Assembly (NCBI GenBank): GCA_913063525.1
Contig: CAJXYV010000001.1
Span: 1-59,330 of the forward strand
DNA length: 59,330 bases
Direction: 5' to 3'
Source: an uncultured Verrucomicrobiota bacterium
Lineage (GTDB): Bacteria > Verrucomicrobiota > Verrucomicrobiia > Verrucomicrobiales > Akkermansiaceae
The notes under the pieces were generated by a model. That model saw nothing but the letters and a program-made list of their open reading frames with translations. It was not told where the DNA came from and did no database searches. This document shows, in pieces, positions 47,960 through 59,330 of the stretch. The position numbers were made by a program, and so were the translations under genes. The stretch's first letter is position 1. Each line of letters begins with the position of its first letter.

Positions 47960-50317
47960 TTATTTTCCATCCCAGCGTGCCTTTTCCCCCTTTTTCAGTT
48001 TCACCTCGCGTGTCACGGAGCCGTAGCGGAGGGTCGCGGTTCCGCCATACAAAGAAAGGATTTCAGCCTCCACCAACTTCTCACCCTTCCAGGTCATGTC
48101 GACCTCGAAACCACCGCGCGCGCGCAGGCCTTTGATGCTGCCCGACGGCCACGCCGCTGGAAGTGCTGGCAGAAACTCGATGTCTGGCGATTTGGCCGGG
48201 GTCGTGGCACTGAAAACATTCCCCAAGCGGCTCTGCACGAGCATCTCGGCAATGCTAGCCGCTCCGCCGAAATTGCCGTCGATCTGGAACGGCGGATGCG
48301 CGTCGAACATGTTCGGATAAGTGAGATCAGGACCGATCAAGTTTTTGAGAATCAAGTAGGCATGGTCGCCATCGCCCAGGTGAGTCCACAGGCCGATGCG
48401 CCAAGCGGTCGCCCAGCCGGTCGCTTTATCACCGCGGAGCTCCAGCGACTTCTTCGCCGCCGCCGCCAGATCAGGGGTATCACGCCGTTCGATATCCCGG
48501 CCCGGGTAGAGTCCATAGAGGTGAGAAACATGGCGATGGTGTTTGTCGCCTACCTGCATATCCCAGTCCTCAAGCCATTCCTGAAGCTGGCCTGCACCAC
48601 CAATCTTGTTAGGCGCGAGGCGTAAGCGGAATGCGGCGAGCTGCTCTTGAATTTCTTTATCCGAGCCAAGAAGTTTCGCCGCCTTGATGGTGTTGGCGAA
48701 TAGGTCGCGCAGGATTTGTTGGTCAATGGTCGGTCCGGCGCAAACCGAAGAACCCTGGGGATGGCCGTTTTCCGGTGAAAGTGATGGATTGGTAACAAGC
48801 CATTTCCCGTCCGGACTTTCTTGCAACGTATCGAGGAAAAACTGCGAAGCCCCTTTGAGAACCGGATAAATTCGCTTCAACACGGCAGGATCGCCACTGA
48901 ACTCGTAGCGATCCCAAAGGTGCAGGCACAGCCACGCGCCCCCCGTCGGCCACATGCCCCAGTTAGGCCCATCGATCGGCCCCGTCGCGCGCCAGAGGTC
49001 GGTGTTGTGGTGGGCCATCCAGCCGCGTGCGCCATACATCGTCCTCGCGGTGCGCGCACCAGTGATCGAAAGGTCCTCGACCATCTGGATCAGCGGCTCG
49101 ACGCACTCCGCCAGATTACCGGACTCAGCCGGCCAGTAGTTCATTTCAGTATTGATGTTGATCGTGTATTTGCTCTGCCACGGCGGGTGCATGCTTTCGT
49201 TCCAAATCCCCTGCAGGTTCGCCGGCTGTCCACCCGGCCGTGAACATCCGATGAGCAAATAACGGCCAAACTGATAGTAAAGCGCCGCCAGTTGCGGGTC
49301 ATTCCCCTCGGCGAAATGGCAGATGCGTTCATCCGTCGGCAGCTTCATGGCGTCACTTGTACCCAGATCCATGCTGACGCGGCGGAACAACGGCTGATAG
49401 TCAGCAAGGTGGGCGGAGTGCAGGTTTTCGAAGGTTTTCCCAGCTGCCGCCGCAATCCGCTTTTTCGCAGTGCCTTCCGGATCGCCGCTAATGTCGTCGA
49501 ACTTTTTAAAGTTGGTTGCCGCCGCAATGATGAGCGTGGCCTGATCGGCATTCTCGACGGAAACATGGCCTGCATATGCGGCGACCTTACCGCCCGAAGT
49601 GATGATTTTCATGCGGGCTTGGTAGCGGATCTGCCCCTTAATACCGCCAGAGTCGCCGCCCACCCCAGACATCACCAGCGTGTCGCTGCCATCCGTTTCC
49701 ACCACCGCATTCATCGGCGTCTTCATCCCTGCGGAAAAACTCAAATGACCCGACTTGTCGGCTCTCAAGTGCACGACAATCACGTTGTCAGGAGCGCTTG
49801 AGAATATTTCCCGCGTAAAGCGGACCCCGTCACTCACATAACTAACGGCAGCCACCGCATTGTCTAGATTCAGTTCCCGACGGTAGTCCGTAGCATGGGT
49901 CAAGCCGGGGAAAGTCAGGTCCACGTCGCCAACGGCCTGATAGGGCATCTGATCAAGCGGCTTGGCCATCACCTTCGCGCTCAGGAGACTCGCAGCATCG
50001 CGATACTTACCCTCATTAACCAGTTTGCGTACCAGCGGCAAGTTCTCCTTCGCCTCGGGATTCACAGGATCATAGGGACCCCCAGCCCAGAGCGTGCCTT
50101 CGTTCAGTTGAAGCCGCTCGCTCCCAAGACCACCGAAAACCATCGCTCCCAATTGCCCGTTTCCGATCGGTACCGCTTCCTGCCACTTTTCGGCGGGTTT
50201 ATTCCACCAAAGTACGTTAGATGATGCAACAAGAGCTGAGGTGGTTTCCTGAGATAACGACCATTGGCTGCCGAATAAGGAACACAGAGCTAGAGTGACA
50301 GGAATTTTTAATGTCAT
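47960..50317 (-). CDS. GH95 alpha-L-fucosidase / alpha-L-galactosidase
   Basis: PIGNGQLGAM, QFGRYLLI, PANLQGIWN, ININTEMNYW, HRHVSHL, PPFQIDGNFG. Confidence 0.94.
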   Translation of the reverse strand: MTLKIPVTLALCSLFGSQWSLSQETTSALVASSNVLWWNKPAEKWQEAVPIGNGQLGAMVFGGLGSERLQLNEGTLWAGGPYDPVNPEAKENLPLVRKLVNEGKYRDAASLLSAKVMAKPLDQMPYQAVGDVDLTFPGLTHATDYRRELNLDNAVAAVSYVSDGVRFTREIFSSAPDNVIVVHLRADKSGHLSFSAGMKTPMNAVVETDGSDTLVMSGVGGDSGGIKGQIRYQARMKIITSGGKVAAYAGHVSVENADQATLIIAAATNFKKFDDISGDPEGTAKKRIAAAAGKTFENLHSAHLADYQPLFRRVSMDLGTSDAMKLPTDERICHFAEGNDPQLAALYYQFGRYLLIGCSRPGGQPANLQGIWNESMHPPWQSKYTININTEMNYWPAESGNLAECVEPLIQMVEDLSITGARTARTMYGARGWMAHHNTDLWRATGPIDGPNWGMWPTGGAWLCLHLWDRYEFSGDPAVLKRIYPVLKGASQFFLDTLQESPDGKWLVTNPSLSPENGHPQGSSVCAGPTIDQQILRDLFANTIKAAKLLGSDKEIQEQLAAFRLRLAPNKIGGAGQLQEWLEDWDMQVGDKHHRHVSHLYGLYPGRDIERRDTPDLAAAAKKSLELRGDKATGWATAWRIGLWTHLGDGDHAYLILKNLIGPDLTYPNMFDAHPPFQIDGNFGGAASIAEMLVQSRLGNVFSATTPAKSPDIEFLPALPAAWPSGSIKGLRARGGFEVDMTWKGEKLVEAEILSLYGGTATLRYGSVTREVKLKKGEKARWDGK

Positions 50318-50409
50318 GGAAATCTGGGTTTTAATTGCGGCGATAGCTCATCGATCATTGGTGGAATTAAGTGCATGCTTCTTCCATCATCAGGCGAACT
50401 CGATGGACA

Positions 50410-51762
50410 CTATTCGAATTTCCAACAATCCAGTTTGAATAGTTCATTCACGTCCCCTTTGAAAACAAGACAGAGATCAAGATTAACCGTGGCCCCCGAG
50501 ATCGCACACGATGTCGCCTTCCATTTCTGAACTCCGCGGGGTTCTCCGACTTCACAGGTCCCGAGCAGTTTTCCTTCAGGACTTCCCTCTCTTACCTCGA
50601 TCTTGCCCCCTGCCTTTTCGCTCGCGATGCGAGCGCTGAATTTTTTGGCACTGCGGCTACCGAAATCGACACCCGCAAGTTTCACCCAGGCACCATCCCC
50701 GAGTTGGGTCAGGCACATTCCGCCTTCATCGCATATTTCAGTTTTGACCCCCTTTTGCGCATGAAAAGTCTCTCCCTCCACACGATTGAAGGGATCAAGC
50801 CCCCCGAGTTGCTTCACCCCGTCGGTCGTATATTCAACCTTCTTGATGCTTCCATCCGCGTTGTAATCGAACTCCTCTATCGCGAGGTTGCGGCGGAATC
50901 CCGTCGGAATACCGGCCTCTTTGGCAACAATGCGGTTATGATAGACATGATACCAATGATCCTTAAATTTGAACTCAGCGGCGTGATTGTTGTTATTATT
51001 AATCGGTGGCTGGGCACCTATCACCCCACGATAAGTAAAGCCACTGGTTGGCTTGTCACTTGTCATGTAATCGATCCTCATCTCCGCTTTGGGATTCGAT
51101 GAATAAGAAAAGTAGTAAAGACCCTTGTTTTTAAAAACCCAAGAGGCTTCGAAAAAGTTAGGAGCATTCATTTTTATGACATCTCCATCCAGATGAATCA
51201 TGTCTTTCGTGAGTTTGGCGACGCGCACATTTTCATCGCCATTTCCACCAAAGTAAATGTAGGCTTGGCCATCGTCGTCGATAAAAACGCCCGGATCAAA
51301 CAACCACATATTCTTGGCCGGTTGGACGCCGGGCGTGGAGTTGTCGATCAAATACTTGCCTAGCGGATCCTTGAATGGTCCGGTAGGACTGTCGGCCACC
51401 GCCACGCCAATGTTCGATCCACCGTTGCCGAAATACAGGTAATACTTGCCATCGCGCTCGATCGCTGCAGGCGCCCAAGTTTTCTTGGCCCAGGTGGTGC
51501 TGTCGGTAGCGCGGAAGACCGAACCGTGGTCCGTCCAGTTTTTCATATCACTGGACGACACGCACACGACGTTTGGAATGTTATAGCCTCCTTCGACGGG
51601 ACTTTCGTCATCGTTAGAGCAATAAATATAGACACGATCTTGGGAAATGAGAGGTGATGGATCGGCTAGATAGCGGTTCGAGACGATCGGATAATCCGCC
51701 CGAAGCGGCACCATGGCCGCCGCGAGAAGGAACGTTGTGAGATGCTTGATGCAGGGCTTCAT
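50410..51762 (-). CDS. GH43 glycosidase with C-terminal CBM6-like module
   Basis: YLADPSP, WAPAA, LFDPGVFIDDDG, FFEASW, NNH; RVEGETF...GVDFG CBM6-like. Confidence 0.9.
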   Translation of the reverse strand: MKPCIKHLTTFLLAAAMVPLRADYPIVSNRYLADPSPLISQDRVYIYCSNDDESPVEGGYNIPNVVCVSSSDMKNWTDHGSVFRATDSTTWAKKTWAPAAIERDGKYYLYFGNGGSNIGVAVADSPTGPFKDPLGKYLIDNSTPGVQPAKNMWLFDPGVFIDDDGQAYIYFGGNGDENVRVAKLTKDMIHLDGDVIKMNAPNFFEASWVFKNKGLYYFSYSSNPKAEMRIDYMTSDKPTSGFTYRGVIGAQPPINNNNNHAAEFKFKDHWYHVYHNRIVAKEAGIPTGFRRNLAIEEFDYNADGSIKKVEYTTDGVKQLGGLDPFNRVEGETFHAQKGVKTEICDEGGMCLTQLGDGAWVKLAGVDFGSRSAKKFSARIASEKAGGKIEVREGSPEGKLLGTCEVGEPRGVQKWKATSCAISGATVNLDLCLVFKGDVNELFKLDCWKFE

Positions 51763-51792
51763 GGCTGATGAGAAGGATGGGATGAGATGGAA

Positions 51793-54589
<2,797 letters not shown>

Positions 54590-54763
54590 CGAATGAATCA
54601 TTGACTGATTGAAATACAATTTCCCGGAATTCACTATCGCCGCCAGGGGCTTGTGAAGTCCGCCGTTCAGGCGAGCAGAACGGTCGATTTCGAGACGATT
54701 CAGGGACATGGGTTTCAATCTACGGAGCGACTTTAAGGACCGGCAGCGGAAAGGAAAGCAAAA

Positions 54764-54777
54764 ATTAAACGTTTTAT
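54764..54777. promoter_or_regulatory. Candidate LacI operator ATTAAACGTTTTAT
   Basis: Near-palindrome with central CG in the divergent GH43/LacI gap. Confidence 0.65.
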
Positions 54778-54862
54778 TCAAAACCCGCGAATTGCGCAGC
54801 CATCGCCATTTTTCTTGCAACGTTTGGGAGAAAATCCCAAGCACGGGCAGCAAATTGCGGCA

Positions 54863-55924
54863 ATGCCAGAAACCCCTAAAATAATTCCTCCTCGCCGTAC
54901 GACCATCAAGGACATCGCGCGCATGGCTGGGCTGAGCACGGCCACGGTTTCCCAAGCACTCCGCCCCCAGCCGAAATCCAATATCAAACTTTCGCCTGAT
55001 ACCGTCGAGCGGGTCAAGGCCGTCGCCCTGGAGTTGAAATACCAACCTCATGCCGGCGCTCGATCCATCCGCTCTAACAGCTTCAGCACCATCGGTTACT
55101 TCACCGCCAAAACCGGCCACTTCACCAACACCCCTCAAGGGTACATGGCGGGGGTTCACGACGTTGCCGAGGAGCATTCTTTCCGGATGACACTCATTCG
55201 GCTGCCGATCGCAATCGATGACATCAGCAAGACCATTCCAAGTGTTTTCAGCGAACAAAACCTCGATGCTCTGGTGATCGAAAGCTACAGCGATTTAGCC
55301 TACCAGATTTACGAACGCATTCAAGCCAGTGGCATGCCGATCATCTTTATTAACGACCGCCACGAAACCAATTCGGTTTACGTCGATGACGAATGGGGTG
55401 CCAGCCAACTCACCCAGCATCTCATCAAAAAAGGCTACCAACGCATTTGCTTCCTTCATCGCCACACGGTGGGTGGACCATCCACCGATAAAATGCACCA
55501 CAGCGCGATCGACCGCGAAACCGGTTACCGCCAGGCCATGCTCAAGGCGGGCAAACAAGCGTTCTGCTATACCGTCCATACCCGGGATGTTGTCGGCCTC
55601 GATGTCGAATTGAGCCAAGCGGACTGGGAAGTGATCTCGCGACACGATGCCGTGGTCGCATACGATGACGACCTCGCCAATCTCATTGCGCGCGCCGCCT
55701 ATGATCGCCACGTCTCCATCCCTGACACCCTCGCGATTGCCAGCTTTAATGGCGATTACGCCTCCCTCAGCGCCTGGCAACGTTTGACCACGATTAGGGT
55801 GCCCTCTTATGAAATGGGCAGAAAGGCTGCGGAAATGGCTTTTCAACTGGTTGCTAGCTCTGCCGGCACCGCCTTACCCTCATCCGTCCATCGCCCAACG
55901 TTGATTCTCGGTCAAACGACTTGA
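54863..55924 (+). CDS. LacI-family regulator of the xylan/xylose locus
   Basis: TTIKDIARMAGLSTATVSQAL HTH, hinge ARSIR, LTTIRVPSYEMG. Confidence 0.92.
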   Translation: MPETPKIIPPRRTTIKDIARMAGLSTATVSQALRPQPKSNIKLSPDTVERVKAVALELKYQPHAGARSIRSNSFSTIGYFTAKTGHFTNTPQGYMAGVHDVAEEHSFRMTLIRLPIAIDDISKTIPSVFSEQNLDALVIESYSDLAYQIYERIQASGMPIIFINDRHETNSVYVDDEWGASQLTQHLIKKGYQRICFLHRHTVGGPSTDKMHHSAIDRETGYRQAMLKAGKQAFCYTVHTRDVVGLDVELSQADWEVISRHDAVVAYDDDLANLIARAAYDRHVSIPDTLAIASFNGDYASLSAWQRLTTIRVPSYEMGRKAAEMAFQLVASSAGTALPSSVHRPTLILGQTT

Positions 55925-55945
55925 CTCGTCTTTTTTTGGTCGATA

Positions 55946-55959
55946 ATAAAACGTTTTAT
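55946..55959. promoter_or_regulatory. Candidate LacI operator, perfect palindrome ATAAAACGTTTTAT
   Basis: Overlaps a possible -10 box (TTGACT at 55921, TAATAA at 55944) and ends 3 bp before ATG 55963. Confidence 0.7.
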
Positions 55960-55962
55960 CCA

Positions 55963-57561
55963 ATGAGCACGCAATCCCCATCAAGCGCCGTCATCCAAAA
56001 TCCGATTCTCAAGGGCTTCAATCCGGACCCTTCGATTCTGCGCGTGGGAGAAGATTACTACATCGCCAATTCGACCTTTGAATGGTTCCCCGGCGTGCAG
56101 ATCCATCATTCGTTGGATTTGGTCAACTGGCGTCTCATCTCGCGCCCACTCGACAGGTCCAGCCAACTGGACATGGTCGGAAATCCCGACTCGGGCGGCA
56201 TTTGGGCTCCCTGCCTCACTTATGCCGATGGGCTCTTTTATCTGATTTACACGGATGTCAAATATTGGAAACGCGAACCGTACAAAGTCGCGTACAACTA
56301 TCTCGTGACCGCGCCCACCATCAACGGTCCATGGTCGGAGCCGATTTTCCTCAATGGCAGCGGCTTTGATCCATCGCTCTTCCACGATGATGACGGCCGC
56401 AAGTGGTTTACGAACATGGTCTGGGATCATCGCAAACAGAATAACCGCTTTGCGGGTATTCTTCTCCAAGAGTTCTGCCCGAAAACCCACACCCTCATCG
56501 GCCCGATCAAACAGATTTTCAAAGGCACCGACCGCGCCTTGGTCGAAGGTCCCCACCTTTACAAAAAGAACGGCTACTACTACCTGCTAACCGCCGAAGG
56601 TGGGACCGAATACGCCCACGCCGCGACGCTCGCACGCTCCCGCAATATCGATGGCCCCTACGAAGTCCACCCCGACAAACACCTGGTGAGCTCATACGGC
56701 CATCCCGAAGCCGCTCTGCAAAAAGCGGGCCACGGCTCACTGGTCGAAACCCAACACGGCGAATGGTACCTCGCCCACCTTTGCGGCCGTCCGGTCGATG
56801 GCAAACACTGCACCCTCGGACGCGAAACCGGAATCCAGAAATGCGTTTGGAAGTCCGACGATTGGCTCTACCTGTCTCACGGAGACATGATTCCCGTCGC
56901 CCAAACCGAGGGTCCGAACGGCATCCCCCTCGCACCATTCGCCGATTGCGAATGGTCGGGTCAGTTTGACTCCACCGCGCTCGACATCCACTTCCAGAGT
57001 CTGCGCCAGCCGATCACGGAACAATGGCTGAGCCTAACCGAGCGTCCCGGCTTTCTCCGCCTCAAGGGCATGGAACCGACGATCAGCACATTCCGCCAAA
57101 GCCTGATCGCGCGCCGTGTGCAGTCCTTCGATGTCAGCGTGGAAACAGCCGTCGATTTTCATCCGACCACCTTCCAGCAGATGGCCGGCCTGATCGCCTA
57201 TTACGACACCGAGAACCACTATTACCTGCGCATCAGTCACGACGAAGATCTGGGCCGCACCCTCAATATTATCGCCACCGATTCGGCCACCAGTGGCGAA
57301 ATTCTTGCCGATGACGTTGCGATCCCCGCCACCGGCGATATCCACCTGCGCCTCACCCTCAATGGTGCGGCTTTGCAATTTGAGTACGCACTCGCTGGCG
57401 CTGACTGGCAGAAAATCGGCCCTGTACTAAACGGCGCCGTCCTGTCGGACGACCACTCGCACCTCGGTTTCACCGGCGCGTTTGTCGGGCTATGCTGCCA
57501 AGACATCAGCGGCCAAAAACAGCACGCCGATTTTTCGCACTTCATCTATCGCGAAGGCTGA
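55963..57561 (+). CDS. Cytoplasmic GH43 beta-xylosidase (XynB-like)
   Basis: IQNPILKGFNPDPSI, STFEWFPGVQI, SGGIWAPCL, GFDPSLFHDDDG, EGPH, LQKAGH; no signal peptide. Confidence 0.92.
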   Translation: MSTQSPSSAVIQNPILKGFNPDPSILRVGEDYYIANSTFEWFPGVQIHHSLDLVNWRLISRPLDRSSQLDMVGNPDSGGIWAPCLTYADGLFYLIYTDVKYWKREPYKVAYNYLVTAPTINGPWSEPIFLNGSGFDPSLFHDDDGRKWFTNMVWDHRKQNNRFAGILLQEFCPKTHTLIGPIKQIFKGTDRALVEGPHLYKKNGYYYLLTAEGGTEYAHAATLARSRNIDGPYEVHPDKHLVSSYGHPEAALQKAGHGSLVETQHGEWYLAHLCGRPVDGKHCTLGRETGIQKCVWKSDDWLYLSHGDMIPVAQTEGPNGIPLAPFADCEWSGQFDSTALDIHFQSLRQPITEQWLSLTERPGFLRLKGMEPTISTFRQSLIARRVQSFDVSVETAVDFHPTTFQQMAGLIAYYDTENHYYLRISHDEDLGRTLNIIATDSATSGEILADDVAIPATGDIHLRLTLNGAALQFEYALAGADWQKIGPVLNGAVLSDDHSHLGFTGAFVGLCCQDISGQKQHADFSHFIYREG

Positions 57562-57690
57562 AAACCACCCGAGCCTGCCTACCGACAAAGTTGGACCATT
57601 GGCAAGCGTCTGGCTGGCCATCCCCGCGATCCCGCAAATCCGTCGTTTTCCAGCTTGGAATCGACGTCCTCTCCAGCAAAAACTCCACCC

Positions 57691-59229
57691 ATGCTTCTCG
57701 GCCTCGATTCCTCCACCCAATCTCTCACTGCGGTATTGATCGATCCCGCTGCGGGCCAGATCACCTGCCAGCTTTCCGTAAATTTCGGCAGCGATCTGCC
57801 GCACTACGCATCGCCCAGCGGCTTCATCCCCGGCGGTGAAAATGGCGAGGTCCACGCCAATCCCCAGATGTGGCTGGAGGCACTCGATTTACTATTCAGC
57901 AGCCTTGCCACGGCCACGGATCTATCCAAAGTGACCGCCATCGCGGGTTCCGGCCAACAACATGGCTCAGTCTATCTGGATGCGACTTTCGACAACCGCC
58001 TGGCTGCACTCGATTCTACGAGTAATCTAGTCGAACAACTCTCCCCCGCCCTCACCCGCGCGACTTCGCCGATCTGGATGGACACATCGACCGGATCGCA
58101 GTGCACAGAAATCACCGCCGCCGTCGGCGGCGCGGCAGAAGTTTGCCGCCGCAGCGGATCCATCGCCATCGAGCGCTTCACTGGCCCGCAGATCCGCCGC
58201 TTTTATCAAACAGATCCCGCCGCCTATGAGCGCACCCAGCGGATCCACTTGGTCAGCTCCTTCCTCGCTTCCGTTCTCGCAGGCAAATCCGTGCCGGTCG
58301 ATTTCGGCGATGGTGCGGGCATGAATCTGCTCAACCTTGCCCAGCTCGACTGGGACGCCGATCTACTGAACACCACCGCCCCGAATCTCGGCGACAAGCT
58401 GTTAGCCCCAGCGGCAGCCACTACCATCCAAGGCAACATCGCCGCTTACTTTGTCGAAAAATACGGCTTTGCAAAAACCTGCCGCACCGCGCTCTTCACC
58501 GGCGACAATCCCGCCTCACTGGTCGGCATGGGTGCCACCACACCCGGCAATGTGGTGATTTCACTCGGCACCAGCGACACCTTCTTCGCCGCCATGTCAG
58601 GCCCGAAGACCGATCCGAACGGTTACGGTCACGTCTTCGGAAATCCCGCAGGCGGGTTCATGTCACTGATCTGTTTCCGCAACGGCTCGCTGGCCCGCGA
58701 AGCACTGCGCGATCAACTTGGCCTCGATTGGTCAGCTTTTGACCGCACTGCACTCGCCCAAACTCAGGCCGAGGCCGGCGCGCATCTGATGCTGCCCTTC
58801 TTCGGCCCCGAGATCACGCCCCGCCACGATTTCACCGGCCCCGTGATGCAAGGCTCCACCACCGACCCCGCGCTGCAAGTGCGTGCGTTGTTAGAAGGCC
58901 AATTCCTCAACATGCGCCTCCACTCGCAATGGATGGGCGTGAAAACCGAACGCATTCGCCTCACCGGCGGGGCTGCCAAAAACGATGGTATCGCCCAACT
59001 CGTCGCCGATATTTTCCAAGCGCCCGTCGAGCGACTCGATGTCATCAACTCCGCCGCTCTCGGTGCGGCACTGATCGCTGCGGCGGCAGAGGGGCACGAT
59101 CTGTCGGCGCTCCAAGAAACCTTCTGCCAAGCGGCACCCGGCGTAGCACTTCTGCCCGATCCCGCGCTCGCAGCGGTTTATGACTCAGCCCTCGGTCGCT
59201 TTCAGTCGCTGCTTGGCGCAAATCTCTGA
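57691..59229 (+). CDS. xylB: Xylulokinase, eukaryote-type (XYLB/XKS1-like) FGGY kinase
   Basis: LGLDSSTQS, GSGQQHGSVY, SPIWMD.ST, ERFTGPQIR, LVSSFLAS, GMNL, TGDNP, ISLGTSDT, NGSLARE. Confidence 0.85.
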   Translation: MLLGLDSSTQSLTAVLIDPAAGQITCQLSVNFGSDLPHYASPSGFIPGGENGEVHANPQMWLEALDLLFSSLATATDLSKVTAIAGSGQQHGSVYLDATFDNRLAALDSTSNLVEQLSPALTRATSPIWMDTSTGSQCTEITAAVGGAAEVCRRSGSIAIERFTGPQIRRFYQTDPAAYERTQRIHLVSSFLASVLAGKSVPVDFGDGAGMNLLNLAQLDWDADLLNTTAPNLGDKLLAPAAATTIQGNIAAYFVEKYGFAKTCRTALFTGDNPASLVGMGATTPGNVVISLGTSDTFFAAMSGPKTDPNGYGHVFGNPAGGFMSLICFRNGSLAREALRDQLGLDWSAFDRTALAQTQAEAGAHLMLPFFGPEITPRHDFTGPVMQGSTTDPALQVRALLEGQFLNMRLHSQWMGVKTERIRLTGGAAKNDGIAQLVADIFQAPVERLDVINSAALGAALIAAAAEGHDLSALQETFCQAAPGVALLPDPALAAVYDSALGRFQSLLGANL

Positions 59230-59242
59230 GTGGTCATGCACG

Positions 59243-59330
59243 AGCTTTGCATCGCGTTCCCAAAGCTTTGCATCCCGTTCCCAAAGCCTTGCATCGCGTT
59301 CCCAAAGCCTTGCATCGCGTTCCCAAAGCC
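59243..59330. repeat. 21-bp tandem array D (AGCCTTGCATCGCGTTCCCAA, at least 4 copies, runs off the right window edge)
   Basis: TTGCATC recurs every 21 bp, starting 13 bp after the xylulokinase stop. Confidence 0.95.

Noticed and set aside
54590-55258. N-terminal extension making the GH43 a 749-aa protein
   Set aside because: It overlaps the divergent LacI gene and operator; the signal peptide begins at 54589/54601.

Overview
This is a bacterial chromosomal segment, most likely from Verrucomicrobiota (Luteolibacter-like). That assignment is inferred from a PEP-CTERM protein with autotransporter-associated beta-strand repeats, Verrucomicrobia-style C-terminal domains and a scarcity of Shine-Dalgarno sites. 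The left half (1-25.4 kb) holds an L,D-transpeptidase, a LacI regulator divergent from araBAD plus a sugar ABC transporter, and a CzcCBA-like metal efflux operon with a His/Cys-rich upstream ORF. It continues with a PPIase, an orphan BrnA-type antitoxin, a second L,D-transpeptidase, hflX, lysS, an Ig-domain gene, menD and tRNA-Arg(CCG). Right of the tRNA are decayed phage-like fragments and a PEP-CTERM surface protein. These are followed by a ~30 kb complex-xylan utilisation locus with no SusC/SusD: a GPH transporter, GH8, GH10, four GH43, GH95, a multimodular GH98, GH115, four esterases, a LacI regulator and a eukaryote-type xylulokinase. Three copies of a candidate operator (ATWAAACGTTYTAT) sit in this locus. 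The most unexplained signal is four intergenic tandem arrays with unrelated sequences but an identical 21-bp period; the window starts and ends inside two of them. Several REP/REPIN-like inverted-repeat elements are also present. All functional calls come from motif recognition by eye; no searches or composition calculations were run.
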